From Eledone cirrhosa (taxonomy: Eukaryota): a stretch of DNA of 64,000 bases. This document shows positions 22,921 through 38,093 of this stretch, one piece after another (within the stretch, counting starts at the first letter, position 1; each line of letters opens with the position of its first letter). Where the stretch lies: NCBI GenBank assembly GCA_964016885.1, contig OZ024743.1:92380001-92444000 (forward strand). The letters are read 5' to 3'. The notes beneath the pieces are model-generated. The model was not told the origin of the DNA, searched no databases, and saw only the letters and a list, made by a program, of their open reading frames with translations. Position numbers and translations under genes: made by a program.

Positions 22921-24179
22921 TTATTTTTTTAAAAAGTTAATTTCTTTTCAGAGCTATTTATTTTTTAGTTCGGTGGCCGCTTAGGAAACCGAGCTGCTGT
23001 AAACATTTCCCTTTTTCTTTCTTTAGTTAGTTTGATTTGCAAGCTTTTCTCTCCAGTGTCTGTTAGTTTCAAAATAATTATGCACGCAAACTTTTTCCTT
23101 TCTTTCAACTCTACCCTTCGCATACACACTACTGCAAACGTCTTATAGGCTACCGACTGCAAAAACAGAGTTTGTTGATAATTTCAGATATTTCGAACTT
23201 TTATTCCGTCCGCCTTCGGAAGTAGTGAGCCTGCTATATACGCTAGAAAATATTTATTGAACAAAGATTTGGCTGCTTTTTCTAGCATGTAAAATGAGGG
23301 TCCATTTATACCACTTTCCATCCTAATCAGAAACCATCATTTTAACACCGAGATTCAAAGAAAAGCTCCCATCACAACTGCTATCACTTTCGCATTTCCC
23401 TCTGAAAATATTAAGTCGAAACGAAAGAAAGTATTGAGCCAACACTAAGTGTGTCTATCGGTCACATAACGGGTTCCGGAGCCTACCTCTAATAGCTTTT
23501 GACACTAGAAAACACACTGGCAACCTTACTGCGGATGATAGCGAGTCTAAGAAGCTGATACAACCAAGCACACTCGCAGTCAGCGTCTGATACCTCGGTA
23601 AGGCGAGTGACAACTATGACAAAAAGTTCGTTGTTAGTGGACCAGCTCCTGCAAACGTCTTAGAAGCTACAGGCTGGAAAAACAGAGTTTGTTGATAATT
23701 TCCGATGTTTCAAAGTTATATTCCGTCCGCCTTCGGAAGTAGTGAGCCTGCTATATACTCTAGAAAATATTTATTGAACAAAGATTTGGCTGCTTTTTCT
23801 AGCATGTAAAATGAGCACATTTCTTTAGAGCCGTTCGAATCGAAGATGATGGACATGTGTAATAATTAATTCGGAATGGGTATCGTAGCTAGTTATTTGG
23901 CCGAGTTATATAAACAAAAAGAGAACATAAGTTTTAAAGACAGCAATATCGACAACTATGCGATACTCTCGTAGTTAATAACGTGTGCTAATTTATAAGT
24001 TAGATGAGATTTATGTAAAAGTTTATTAAGCAACCTAAATTGCTTGAAAATACTATGTTCTATGGTTGAAAGTATGAAAAATGTAAAATAGAAAATTAAA
24101 GTATAAAAATTACTGTAAAAGAAAGATATTTAGTGAGTTGTTTTATACAATAAAACTATTAAATTGAGTGTAAGATTTC

Positions 24180-24299
24180 GTTTACGGCCATATCCCGCTG
24201 AAAACACCGGTTCTCGTCCGATCACCGAAGTTAATCAACGTCGGGCCTAGTTAGTACTTGGATGGGTGACCGCTTGGGAACCCTAGGTGCCGTAAGCGT
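24180..24299 (+). rRNA. RNA5S: 5S rRNA copy 4 (G56T, A65G)
   Basis: 5S sequence. Confidence 0.95.
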
Positions 24300-25559
24300 T
24301 TATTTTTTTAAAAAATTAATTTCTTTTCAGAGCTGTTTATTTTTTACTTGGGTGAGCGCTTAGGAAACCGACCTGCTGTAAACATTTCCCTTTTTCTTTC
24401 TTTAGTTAGTTTGATTTGCAAGCTTTTCTCTCCAGTGTCTGTTAGTTTCAAAATAATTATGCACGCAAACTTTTTCCTTTCTTTCAACTCTACCCTTCGC
24501 ATACACACTACTGCAAACGTCTTATAGGCTACCGACTGCAAAAACAGAGTTTGTTGATAATTTCAGATATTTCAAACTTTTATTCCGTCTGCCTTCGGAA
24601 GTAGTGAGCCTGCTATATACGCTAGAAAATATTTATTGAACAAAGATTTGGCTGCTTTTTCTAGCATGTAAAATGAGGGTCCATTTATACCACTTTCCAT
24701 CCTAATAAGAAACCATCATTTTAACACCGAGATTCAAAGAAAAGCTCCCATCACAACTGCTATCACTTTCGCATTTCCCTCTGAAAATATTAAATCGAAA
24801 CGAAAGAAAGTATTGAGCCAACACTAAGTGTGTCGATCGGTCACATAACGGGTTCCGGAGCCTACCTGTAATAGCTTTTGATACTAGAAAACACACTGGC
24901 AACCTTACTGCGGATGATAGCGAGTCTAAGAAGCTGATACAACCAAGCACACTCGCAGTCAGCGTCTGATACCTCGGTAAGGCGAGTGGCCAACTATGAC
25001 AAGAAGTTCGTTGTTAGTGGACCAGCTCCTGCAAACGTCTTAGAAGCTACAGGCTGGAAAAACATAGTTTGTTGATAATTTCCGATGTTTCAAAGTTATA
25101 TTCCGTCCGCCTTCGGAAGTAGTGAGCCTGCTATATACTCTAGAAAATATTTATTGAACAAAGATTTGGCTGCTTTTTCTAGCATGTAAAATGAGCACAT
25201 TTCTTTAGAGCCGTTCGAATCGAAGATGATGGACATGTGTAATAATTAATTCGGAATGGGTATCGTAGCTAGTTATTTGGCCGAGTTATATAAACAAAAA
25301 GAGAACATAAGTTTTAAAGACAGCAATATCGACAACTATGCGATACTCTCGTAGTTAATAACGTGTGCTAATTTATAAGTTAGATGAGATTTATGTAAAA
25401 GTTTATTAAGCAACCTAAATTGCTTGAAAATACTATGTTCTATGGTTGAAAGTATGAAAAATGTAAAACAGAAAATTAAAGTATAAAAATTACTGTAAAA
25501 GAAAGGTGTTTAGTGAGTTGTTTTATACAATAAAACTATTAAATTGAGTGTAAGCTTTC

Positions 25560-25679
25560 GTTTACGGCCATATCCCGCTGAAAACACCGGTTCTCGTCCG
25601 ATCACCGAAGTTAAGCAACGTCGAGCCTAGTTAGTACTTGGATGGGTGACCGCTTGGGAACCCTAGGTGCCGTAAGCGT
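25560..25679 (+). rRNA. RNA5S: 5S rRNA copy 5
   Basis: Array consensus. Confidence 0.95.
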
Positions 25680-26939
25680 TTATTTTTTTAAAAAGTTAAT
25701 TTCTTTTCAGAGCTGTTTATTTTTTACTTGGGTGAGCGCTTAGGAAACCGAGCTGCTGTAAACATTTCCCTTTTTCTTTCTTTAGTTAGTTTGATTTGCA
25801 AGCTTTTCTCTCCACTGTCTGTTAGTTTCAAAATAATTATGCACGCAAACTTTTTCCTTTCTTTCAACTCTACCCTTCGCATACACACTACTGCAAACGT
25901 CTTATAGGCTACCGACTGCAAAAACAGAGTTTGTTGATAATTTCAGATATTTCAAACTTTTATTCCGTCTGCCTTCGGAAGTAGTGAGCCTGCTATATAC
26001 GCTAGAAAATATTTATTGAACAAAGATTTGGCTGCTTTTTCTAGCATGTAAAATGAGGGTCAATTTATACCACTTTCCATCCTAATCAGAAACCATCAAG
26101 TTAACACCGAGATTCAAAGAAAAGCTCCCATCACAACTGCTATCACTTTCGCATTTCCCTCTGAAAATATTAAATCGAAACGAAAGAAAGTATTGAGCCA
26201 ACACTAAGTGTGTCGATCGGTCACATAACGGGTTCCGGAGCCTACCTGTAATAGCTTTTGATACTAGAAAACACACTGGCAACCTTACTGCGGATGATAG
26301 CGAGTCTAAGAAGCTGATACAACCAAGCAGACTCGCAGTCAGCGTCTGATACCTCGGTAAGGCGAGTGGCCAACTATGACAAAAAGTTCGTTGTTAGTGG
26401 ACCAGCTCCTGCAAACGTCTTAGAAGCTACAGGCTGGAAAAACATAGTTTGTTGATAATTTCCGATGTTTCAAAGTTATATTCCGTCCGCCTTCGGAAGT
26501 AGTGAGCCTGCTATATACTCTAGAAAATATTTATTGAACAAAGATTTGGCTGCTTTTTCTAGCATGTAAAATGAGCACATTTCTTTAGAGCCGTTCGAAT
26601 CGAAGATGATGGACATGTGTAATAATTAATTAGGAATGGGTATCGTAGCTAGTTATTTGGCCGAGTTATATAAACAAAAAGAGAACATAAGTTTTAAAGA
26701 CAGCAATATCGACAACTATGCGATACTCTCGTAGTTAATAACGTGTGCTAATTTAAAAGTTAGATGAGATTCATGTAAAAGTTTATTAAGCAACCTAAAT
26801 TGCTTGAAAATACTATGTTCTATGGTTGAAAGTATGAAAAATGTAAAATAGAAAATTAAAGTATAAAAATTACTGTAAAAGAAAGGTGTTTAGTGAGTGG
26901 TTTTATACAATAAAACTATTAAATTGAGTGTAAGCTTTC

Positions 26940-27059
26940 GTTTACGGCCATTTCCTGCTGAAAACACCGGTTCTCGTCCGATCACCGAAGTTAAGCAACG
27001 TCGAGCCTAGTTAGTACTTGGATGGGTGACCGCTTGGGAACCCTAGGTGCCGTAAGCGT
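26940..27059 (+). rRNA. RNA5S: 5S rRNA copy 6 (A13T, C17T)
   Basis: 5S sequence. Confidence 0.95.
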
Positions 27060-28318
27060 TTATTTTTTTAAAAAGTTAATTTCTTTTCAGAGCTATTTAT
27101 TTTTTAGTTCGGTGGCCGCTTAGGAAACCGAGCTGCTGTAAACATTTCCCTTTTTCTTTCTTTAGTTAGTTTGATTTGCAAGCTTTTCTCTCCAGTGTCT
27201 GTTAGTTTCAAAATAATTATGCACGCAAACTTTTTCCTTTCTTTCAACTCTACCCTTCGCATACACACTACTGCAAACGTCTTATAGGCTACCGACTGCA
27301 AAAACAGAGTTTGTTGATAATTTCAGATATTTCGAACTTTTATTCCGTCCGCCTTCGGAAGTAGTGAGCCTGCTATATACGCTAGAAAATATTTATTGAA
27401 CAAAGATTTGGCTGCTTTTTCTAGCATGTAAAATGAGGGTCCATTTATACCACTTTCCATCCTAATCAGAAACCATCATTTTAACACCGAGATTCAAAGA
27501 AAAGCTCCCATCACAACTGCTATCACTTTCGCATTTCCCTCTGAAAATATTAAGTCGAAACGAAAGAAAGTATTGAGCCAACACTAAGTGTGTCTATCGG
27601 TCACATAACGGGTTCCGGAGCCTACCTCTAATAGCTTTTGACACTAGAAAACACACTGGCAACCTTACTGCGGATGATAGCGAGTCTAAGAAGCTGATAC
27701 AACCAAGCACACTCGCAGTCAGCGTCTGATACCTCGGTAAGGCGAGTGACAACTATGACAAAAAGTTCGTTGTTAGTGGACCAGCTCCTGCAAACGTCTT
27801 AGAAGCTACAGGCTGGAAAAACAGAGTTTGTTGATAATTTCCGATGTTTCAAAGTTATATTCCGTCCGCCTTCGGAAGTAGTGAGCCTGCTATATACTCT
27901 AGAAAATATTTATTGAACAAAGATTTGGCTGCTTTTTCTAGCATGTAAAATGAGCACATTTCTTTAGAGCCGTTCGAATCGAAGATGATGGACATGTGTA
28001 ATAATTAATTCGGAATGGGTATCGTAGCTAGTTATTTGGCCGAGTTATATAAACAAAAAGAGAACATAAGTTTTAAAGACAGCAATATCGACAACTATGC
28101 GATACTCTCGTAGTTAATAACGTGTGCTAATTTATAAATTAGATGAGATTTATGTAAAAGTTTATTAAGCAACCTAAATTGCTTGAAAATACTATGTTCT
28201 ATGGTTGAAAGTATGAAAAATGTAAAACAGAAAATTAAAGTATAAAAATTACTGTAAAAGAAAGGTGTTTAGTGAGTTGTTTTATACAATAAAACTATTA
28301 AATTGAGTGTAAGATTTC

Positions 28319-28438
28319 GTTTACGGCCATATCCCGCTGAAAACACCGGTTCTCGTCCGATCACCGAAGTTAAGCAACGTCGAGCCTAGTTAGTACTTGG
28401 ATGGGTGACCGCTTGGGAACCCTAGGTGCCGTAAGCGT
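28319..28438 (+). rRNA. RNA5S: 5S rRNA copy 7
   Basis: Array consensus. Confidence 0.95.
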
Positions 28439-29697
28439 TTATTTTTTTAAAAAATTAATTTCTTTTCAGAGCTGTTTATTTTTTACTTGGGTGAGCGCTT
28501 AGGAAACCGAGCTGCTGTAAACATTTCCCTTTTTCTTTCTTTAGTTAGTTTGATTTGCAAGCTTTTCTCTCCAGTGTCTGTTAGTTTCAAAATAATTATG
28601 CACGCAAACTTTTTCCTTTCTTTCAACTCTACCCTTCGCATACACACTACTGCAAACGTCTTATAGGCTACCGACTGCAAAAACAGAGTTTGTTGATAAT
28701 TTCAGATATTTCGAACTTTTATTCCGTCCGCCTTCGGAAGTAGTGAGCCTGCTATATACGCTAGAAAATATTTATTGAACAAAGATTTGGCTGCTTTTTC
28801 TAGCATGTAAAATGAGGGTCCATTTATACCACTTTCCATCCTAATCAGAAACCATCATTTTAACACCGAGATTCAAAGAAAAGCTCCCATCACAACTGCT
28901 ATCACTTTCGCATTTCCCTCTGAAAATATTAAGTCGAAACGAAAGAAAGTATTGAGCCAACACTAAGTGTGTCTATCGGTCACATAACGGGTTCCGGAGC
29001 CTACCTCTAATAGCTTTTGACACTAGAAAACACACTGGCAACCTTACTGCGGATGATAGCGAGTCTAAGAAGCTGATACAACCAAGCACACTCGCAGTCA
29101 GCGTCTGATACCTCGGTAAGGCGAGTGACAACTATGACAAAAAGTTCGTTGTTAGTGGACCAGCTCCTGCAAACGTCTTAGAAGCTACAGGCTGGAAAAA
29201 CAGAGTTTGTTGATAATTTCCGATGTTTCAAAGTTATATTCCGTCCGCCTTCGGAAGTAGTGAGCCTGCTATATACTCTAGAAAATATTTATTGAACAAA
29301 GATTTGGCTGCTTTTTCTAGCATGTAAAATGAGCACATTTCTTTAGAGCCGTTCGAATCGAAGATGATGGACATGTGTAATAATTAATTCGGAATGGGTA
29401 TCGTAGCTAGTTATTTGGCCGAGTTATATAAACAAAAAGAGAACATAAGTTTTAAAGACAGCAATATCGACAACTATGCGATACTCTCGTAGTTAATAAC
29501 GTGTGCTAATTTATAAATTAGATGAGATTTATGTAAAAGTTTATTAAGCAACCTAAATTGCTTGAAAATACTATGTTCTCTGGTTGAAAGTATGAAAAAT
29601 GTAAAACAGAAAATTAAAGTATAAAAATTACTGTAAAAGAAAGGTGTTTAGTGAGTTGTTTTATACAATAAAACTATTAAATTGAGTGTAAGATTTC

Positions 29698-29817
29698 GTT
29701 TACGGCCATATCCCGCTGAAAACACCGGTTCTCGTCCGATCACCGAAGTTAAGCAACGTCGAGCCTAGTTAGTACTTGGATGGGTGACCGCTTGGGAACC
29801 CTAGGTGCCGTAAGCGT
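29698..29817 (+). rRNA. RNA5S: 5S rRNA copy 8
   Basis: Array consensus. Confidence 0.95.
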
Positions 29818-31077
29818 TTATTTTTTTAAAAAGTTAATTTCTTTTCAGAGCTATTTATTTTTTAGTTCGGTGGCCGCTTAGGAAACCGAGCTGCTCTAAA
29901 CATTTCCCTTTTTCTTTCTTTAGTTAGTTTGATTTGCAAGCTTTTCTCTCCAGTGTCTGTTAGTTTCAAAATAATTATGCACGCAAACTTTTTCCTTTCT
30001 TTCAACTCTACCCTTCGCATACACACTACTGCAAACGTCTTATAGGCTACCGACTGCAAAAACAGAGTTTGTTGATAATTTCAGATATTTCGAACTTTTA
30101 TTCCGTCCGCCTTCGGAAGTAGTGAGCCTGCTATATACGCTAGAAAATATTTATTGAACAAAGATTTGGCTGCTTTTTCTAGCATGTAAAATGAGGGTCC
30201 ATTTATACCACTTTCCATCCTAATCAGAAACCATCATTTTAACACCGAGATTCAAAGAAAAGCTCCCATCACAACTGCTATCACTTTCGCATTTCCCTCT
30301 GAAAATATTAAGTCGAAACGAAAGAAAGTATTGAGCCAACACTAAGTGTGTCTATCGGTCACATAACGGGTTCCGGAGCCTACCTCTAATAGCTTTTGAC
30401 ACTAGAAAACACACTGGCAACCTTACTGCGGATGATAGCGAGTCTAAGAAGCTGATACAACCAAGCAGACTCGCAGTCAGCGTCTGATACCTCGGTAAGG
30501 CGAGTGGCCAACTATGACAAAAAGTTCGTTGTTAGTGGACCAGCTCCTGCAAACGTCTTAGAAGCTACAGGCTGGAAAAACAGAGTTTGTTGATAATTTC
30601 CGATGTTTCAAAGTTATATTCCGTCCGCCTTCGGAAGTAGTGAGCCTGCTATATACTCTAGAAAATATTTATTGAACAAAGATTTGGCTGCTTTTTCTAG
30701 CATGTAAAATGAGCACATTTCTTTAGAGCCGTTCGAATCGAAGATGATGGACATGTGTAATAATTAATTCGGAATGGGTATCGTAGCTAGTTATTTGGCC
30801 GAGTTATATAAACAAAAAGAGAACATAAGTTTTAAAGACAGCAATATCGACAACTATGCGATACTCTCGTAGTTAATAACGTGTGCTAATTTATAAATTA
30901 GATGAGATTTATGTAAAAGTTTATTAAGCAACCTAAATTGCTTGAAAATACTATGTTCTATGGTTGAAAGTATGAAAAATGTAAAACAGAAAATTAAAGT
31001 ATAAAAATTACTGTAAAAGAAAGGTGTTTAGTGAGTTGTTTTATACAATAAAACTATTAAATTGAGTGTAAGCTTTC

Positions 31078-31197
31078 GTTTCCGACCATATCCCGCTGAA
31101 AACACCGGTTCTCGTCCGATCACCGAAGTTAAGCAACGTCGAGCCTAGTTAGTACTTGGATGGGTGACCGCTTGGGAACCCTAGGTGCCGTAAGCGT
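31078..31197 (+). rRNA. RNA5S: 5S rRNA copy 9 (A5C, G8A; helix I disrupted)
   Basis: Starts gtttccgacc. Confidence 0.9.
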
Positions 31198-32456
31198 TTA
31201 TTTTTTTAAAAAGTTAATTTCTTTTCAGAGCTGTTTATTTTTTACTTGGGTGAGCGCTTAGGAAACCGAGCTGCTGTAAACATTTCCCTTTTTCTTTCTT
31301 TAGTTAGTTTGATTTGCAAGCTTTTCTCTCCAGTGTCTGTTAGTTTCAAAATAATTATGCACGCAAACTTTTTCCTTTCTTTCAACTCTACCCTTCGCAT
31401 ACACACTACTGCAAACGTCTTATAGGCTACCGACTGCAAAAACAGAGTTTGTTGATAATTTCAGATATTTCGAACTTTTATTCCGTCCGCCTTCGGAAGT
31501 AGTGAGCCTGCTATATACGCTAGAAAATATTTATTGAACAAAGATTTGGCTGCTTTTTCTAGCATGTAAAATGAGGGTCCATTTATACCACTTTCCATCC
31601 TAATCAGAAACCATCATTTTAACACCGAGATTCAAAGAAAAGCTCCCATCACAACTGCTATCACTTTCGCATTTCCCTCTGAAAATATTAAGTCGAAACG
31701 AAAGAAAGTATTGAGCCAACACTAAGTGTGTCTATCGGTCACATAACGGGTTCCGGAGCCTACCTCTAATAGCTTTTGACACTAGAAAACACACTGGCAA
31801 CCTTACTGCGGATGATAGCGAGTCTAAGAAGCTGATACAACCAAGCACACTCGCAGTCAGCGTCTGATACCTCGGTAAGGCGAGTGACAACTATGACAAA
31901 AAGTTCGTTGTTAGTGGACCAGCTCCTGCAAACGTCTTAGAAGCTACAGGCTGGAAAAACAGAGTTTGTTGATAATTTCCGATGTTTCAAAGTTATATTC
32001 CGTCCGCCTTCGGAAGTAGTGAGCCTGCTATATACTCTAGAAAATATTTATTGAACAAAGATTTGGCTGCTTTTTCTAGCATGTAAAATGAGCACATTTC
32101 TTTAGAGCCGTTCGAATCGAAGATGATGGACATGTGTAATAATTAATTCGGAATGGGTATCGTAGCTAGTTATTTGGCCGAGTTATATAAACAAAAAGAG
32201 AACATAAGTTTTAAAGACAGCAATATCGACAACTATGCGATACTCTCGTAGTTAATAACGTGTGCTAATTTATAAATTAGATGAGATTTATGTAAAAGTT
32301 TATTAAGCAACCTAAATTGCTTGAAAATACTATGTTCTCTGGTTGAAAGTATGAAAAATGTAAAACAGAAAATTAAAGTATAAAAATTACTGTAAAAGAA
32401 AGGTGTTTAGTGAGTTGTTTTATACAATAAAACTATTAAATTGAGTGTAAGATTTC

Positions 32457-32576
32457 GTTTACGGCCATATCCCGCTGAAAACACCGGTTCTCGTCCGATC
32501 ACCGAAGTTAAGCAACGTCGAGCCTAGTTAGTACTTGGATGGGTGACCGCTTGGGAACCCTAGGTGCCGTAAGCGT
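32457..32576 (+). rRNA. RNA5S: 5S rRNA copy 10
   Basis: Array consensus. Confidence 0.95.
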
Positions 32577-33836
32577 TTATTTTTTTAAAAAGTTAATTTC
32601 TTTTCAGAGCTATTTATTTTTTAGTTCGGTGGCCGCTTAGGAAACCGAGCTGCTCTAAACATTTCCATTTTTCTTTCTTTAGTTAGTTTGATTTGCAAGC
32701 TTTTCTCTCCAGTGTCTGTTAGTTTCAAAATAATTATGCACGCAAACTTTTTCCTTTCTTTCAACTCTACCCTTCGCATACACACTACTGCAAACGTCTT
32801 ATAGGCTACCGACTGCAAAAACAGAGTTTGTTGATAATTTCAGATATTTCGAACTTTTATTCCGTCCGCCTTCGGAAGTAGTGAGCCTGCTATATACGCT
32901 AGAAAATATTTATTGAACAAAGATTTGGCTGCTTTTTCTAGCATGTAAAATGAGGGTCCATTTATACCACTTTCCATCCTAATCAGAAACCATCATTTTA
33001 ACACCGAGATTCAAAGAAAAGCTCCCATCACAACTGCTATCACTTTCGCATTTCCCTCTGAAAATATTAAGTCGAAACGAAAGAAAGTATTGAGCCAACA
33101 CTAAGTGTGTCTATCGGTCACATAACGGGTTCCGGAGCCTACCTCTAATAGCTTTTGACACTAGAAAACACACTGGCAACCTTACTGCGGATGATAGCGA
33201 GTCTAAGAAGCTGATACAACCAAGCAGACTCGCAGTCAGCGTCTGATACCTCGGTAAGGCGAGTGGCCAACTATGACAAAAAGTTCGTTGTTAGTGGACC
33301 AGCTCCTGCAAACGTCTTAGAAGCTACAGGCTGGAAAAACAGAGTTTGTTGATAATTTCCGATGTTTCAAAGTTATATTCCGTCCGCCTTCGGAAGTAGT
33401 GAGCCTGCTATATACTCTAGAAAATATTTATTGAACAAAGATTTGGCTGCTTTTTCTAGCATGTAAAATGAGCACATTTCTTTAGAGCCGTTCGAATCGA
33501 AGATGATGGACATGTGTAATAATTAATTCGGAATGGGTATCGTAGCTAGTTATTTGGCCGAGTTATATAAACAAAAAGAGAACATAAGTTTTAAAGACAG
33601 CAATATCGACAACTATGCGATACTCTCGTAGTTAATAACGTGTGCTAATTTATAAATTAGATGAGATTTATGTAAAAGTTTATTAAGCAACCTAAATTGC
33701 TTGAAAATACTATGTTCTATGGTTGAAAGTATGAAAAATGTAAAACAGAAAATTAAAGTATAAAAATTACTGTAAAAGAAAGGTGTTTAGTGAGTTGTTT
33801 TATACAATAAAACTATTAAATTGAGTGTAAGCTTTC

Positions 33837-33956
33837 GTTTCCGACCATATCCCGCTGAAAACACCGGTTCTCGTCCGATCACCGAAGTTAAGCAACGTCG
33901 AGCCTAGTTAGTACTTGGATGGGTGACCGCTTGGGAACCCTAGGTGCCGTAAGCGT
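33837..33956 (+). rRNA. RNA5S: 5S rRNA copy 11 (A5C, G8A; helix I disrupted)
   Basis: Starts gtttccgacc. Confidence 0.9.
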
Positions 33957-35215
33957 TTATTTTTTTAAAAAGTTAATTTCTTTTCAGAGCTGTTTATTTT
34001 TTACTTGGGTGAGCGCTTAGGAAACCGAGCTGCTGTAAACATTTCCCTTTTTCTTTCTTTAGTTAGTTTGATTTGCAAGCTTTTCTCTCCAGTGTCTGTT
34101 AGTTTCAAAATAATTATGCACGCAAACTTTTTCCTTTCTTTCAACTCTACCCTTCGCATACACACTACTGCAAACGTCTTATAGGCTACCGACTGCAAAA
34201 ACAGAGTTTGTTGATAATTTCAGATATTTCGAACTTTTATTCCGTCCGCCTTCGGAAGTAGTGAGCCTGCTATATACGCTAGAAAATATTTATTGAACAA
34301 AGATTTGACTGCTTTTTCTAGCATGTAAAATGAGGGTCCATTTATACCACTTTCCATCCTAATCAGAAACCATCATTTTAACACCGAGATTCAAAGAAAA
34401 GCTCCCATCACAACTGCTATCACTTTCGCATTTCCCTCTGAAAATATTAAGTCGAAACGAAAGAAAGTATTGAGCCAACACTAAGTGTGTCTATCGGTCA
34501 CATAACGGGTTCCGGAGCCTACCTCTAATAGCTTTTGACACTAGAAAACACACTGGCAACCTTACTGCGGATGATAGCGAGTCTAAGAAGCTGATACAAC
34601 CAAGCACACTCGCAGTCAGCGTCTGATACCTCGGTAAGGCGAGTGACAACTATGACAAAAAGTTCGTTGTTAGTGGACCAGCTCCTGCAAACGTCTTAGA
34701 AGCTACAGGCTGGAAAAACAGAGTTTGTTGATAATTTCCGATGTTTCAAAGTTATATTCCGTCCGCCTTCGGAAGTAGTGAGCCTGCTATATACTCTAGA
34801 AAATATTTATTGAACAAAGATTTGGCTGCTTTTTCTAGCATGTAAAATGAGCACATTTCTTTAGAGCCGTTCGAATCGAAGATGATGGACATGTGTAATA
34901 ATTAATTCGGAATGGGTATCGTAGCTAGTTATTTGGCCGAGTTATATAAACAAAAAGAGAACATAAGTTTTAAAGACAGCAATATCGACAACTATGCGAT
35001 ACTCTCGTAGTTAATAACGTGTGCTAATTTATAAATTAGATGAGATTTATGTAAAAGTTTATTAAGCAACCTAAATTGCTTGAAAATACTATGTTCTCTG
35101 GTTGAAAGTATGAAAAATGTAAAACAGAAAATTAAAGTATAAAAATTACTGTAAAAGAAAGGTGTTTAGTGAGTTGTTTTATACAATAAAACTATTAAAT
35201 TGAGTGTAAGATTTC

Positions 35216-35335
35216 GTTTACGGCCATATCCCGCTGAAAACACCGGTTCTCGTCCGATCACCGAAGTTAAGCAACGTCGAGCCTAGTTAGTACTTGGATG
35301 GGTGACCGCTTGGGAACCCTAGGTGCCGTAAGCGT
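35216..35335 (+). rRNA. RNA5S: 5S rRNA copy 12
   Basis: Array consensus. Confidence 0.95.
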
Positions 35336-36594
35336 TTATTTTTTTAAAAAGTTAATTTCTTTTCAGAGCTATTTATTTTTTAGTTCGGTGGCCGCTTAGG
35401 AAACCGAGCTGCTCTAAACATTTCCCTTTTTCTTTCTTTAGTTAGTTTGATTTGCAAGCTTTTCTCTCCAGTGTCTGTTAGTTTCAAAATAATTATGCAC
35501 GCAAACTTTTTCCTTTCTTTCAACTCTACCCTTCGCATACACACTACTGCAAACGTCTTATAGGCTACCGACTGCAAAAACAGAGTTTGTTGATAATTTC
35601 AGATATTTCGAACTTTTATTCCGTCCGCCTTCGGAAGTAGTGAGCCTGCTATATACGCTAGAAAATATTTATTGAACAAAGATTTGACTGCTTTTTCTAG
35701 CATGTAAAATGAGGGTCCATTTATACCACTTTCCATCCTAATCAGAAACCATCATTTTAACACCGAGATTCAAAGAAAAGCTCCCATCACAACTGCTATC
35801 ACTTTCGCATTTCCCTCTGAAAATATTAAGTCGAAACGAAAGAAAGTATTGAGCCAACACTAAGTGTGTCTATCGGTCACATAACGGGTTCCGGAGCCTA
35901 CCTCTAATAGCTTTTGACACTAGAAAACACACTGGCAACCTTACTGCGGATGATAGCGAGTCTAAGAAGCTGATACAACCAAGCACACTCGCAGTCAGCG
36001 TCTGATACCTCGGTAAGGCGAGTGACAACTATGACAAAAAGTTCGTTGTTAGTGGACCAGCTCCTGCAAACGTCTTAGAAGCTACAGGCTGGAAAAACAG
36101 AGTTTGTTGATAATTTCCGATGTTTCAAAGTTATATTCCGTCCGCCTTCGGAAGTAGTGAGCCTGCTATATACTCTAGAAAATATTTATTGAACAAAGAT
36201 TTGGCTGCTTTTTCTAGCATGTAAAATGAGCACATTTCTTTAGAGCCGTTCGAATCGAAGATGATGGACATGTGTAATAATTAATTCGGAATGGGTATCG
36301 TAGCTAGTTATTTGGCCGAGTTATATAAACAAAAAGAGAACATAAGTTTTAAAGACAGCAATATCGACAACTATGCGATACTCTCGTAGTTAATAACGTG
36401 TGCTAATTTATAAATTAGATGAGATTTATGTAAAAGTTTATTAAGCAACCTAAATTGCTTGAAAATACTATGTTCTCTGGTTGAAAGTATGAAAAATGTA
36501 AAACAGAAAATTAAAGTATAAAAATTACTGTAAAAGAAAGGTGTTTAGTGAGTTGTTTTATACAATAAAACTATTAAATTGAGTGTAAGATTTC

Positions 36595-36714
36595 GTTTAC
36601 GGCCATATCCCGCTGAAAACACCGGTTCTCGTCCGATCACCGAAGTTAAGCAACGTCGAGCCTAGTTAGTACTTGGATGGGTGACCGCTTGGGAACCCTA
36701 GGTGCCGTAAGCGT
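36595..36714 (+). rRNA. RNA5S: 5S rRNA copy 13
   Basis: Array consensus. Confidence 0.95.
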
Positions 36715-37973
36715 TTATTTTTTTAAAAAGTTAATTTCTTTTCAGAGCTATTTATTTTTTAGTTCGGTGGCCGCTTAGGAAACCGAGCTGCTCTAAACAT
36801 TTCCCTTTTTCTTTCTTTAGTTAGTTTGATTTGCAAGCTTTTCTCTCCAGTGTCTGTTAGTTTCAAAATAATTATGCACGCAAACTTTTTCCTTTCTTTC
36901 AACTCTACCCTTCGCATACACACTACTGCAAACGTCTTATAGGCTACCGACTGCAAAAACAGAGTTTGTTGATAATTTCAGATATTTCGAACTTTTATTC
37001 CGTCCGCCTTCGGAAGTAGTGAGCCTGCTATATACGCTAGAAAATATTTATTGAACAAAGATTTGACTGCTTTTTCTAGCATGTAAAATGAGGGTCCATT
37101 TATACCACTTTCCATCCTAATCAGAAACCATCATTTTAACACCGAGATACAAAGAAAAGCTCCCATCACAACTGCTATCACTTTCGCATTTCCCTCTGAA
37201 AATATTAAGTCGAAACGAAAGAAAGTATTGAGCCAACACTAAGTGTGTCTATCGGTCACATAACGGGTTCCGGAGCCTACCTCTAATAGCTTTTGACACT
37301 AGAAAACACACTGGCAACCTTACTGCGGATGATAGCGAGTCTAAGAAGCTGATACAACCAAGCACACTCGCAGTCAGCGTCTGATACCTCGGTAAGGCGA
37401 GTGACAACTATGACAAAAAGTTCGTTGTTAGTGGACCAGCTCCTGCAAACGTCTTAGAAGCTACAGGCTGGAAAAACAGAGTTTGTTGATAATTTCCGAT
37501 GTTTCAAAGTTATATTCCGTCCGCCTTCGGAAGTAGTGAGCCTGCTATATACTCTAGAAAATATTTATTGAACAAAGATTTGGCTGCTTTTTCTAGCATG
37601 TAAAATGAGCACATTTCTTTAGAGCCGTTCGAATCGAAGATGATGGACATGTGTAATAATTAATTCGGAATGGGTATCGTAGCTAGTTATTTGGCCGAGT
37701 TATATAAACAAAAAGAGAACATAAGTTTTAAAGACAGCAATATCGACAACTATGCGATACTCTCGTAGTTAATAACGTGTGCTAATTTATAAATTAGATG
37801 AGATTTATGTAAAAGTTTATTAAGCAACCTAAATTGCTTGAAAATACTATGTTCTCTGGTTGAAAGTATGAAAAATGTAAAACAGAAAATTAAAGTATAA
37901 AAATTACTGTAAAAGAAAGGTGTTTAGTGAGTTGTTTTATACAATAAAACTATTAAATTGAGTGTAAGATTTC

Positions 37974-38093
37974 GTTTACGGCCATATCCCGCTGAAAACA
38001 CCGGTTCTCGTCCGATCACCGAAGTTAAGCAACGTCGAGCCTAGTTAGTACTTGGATGGGTGACCGCTTGGGAACCCTAGGTGCCGTAAGCGT
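37974..38093 (+). rRNA. RNA5S: 5S rRNA copy 14
   Basis: Array consensus. Confidence 0.95.
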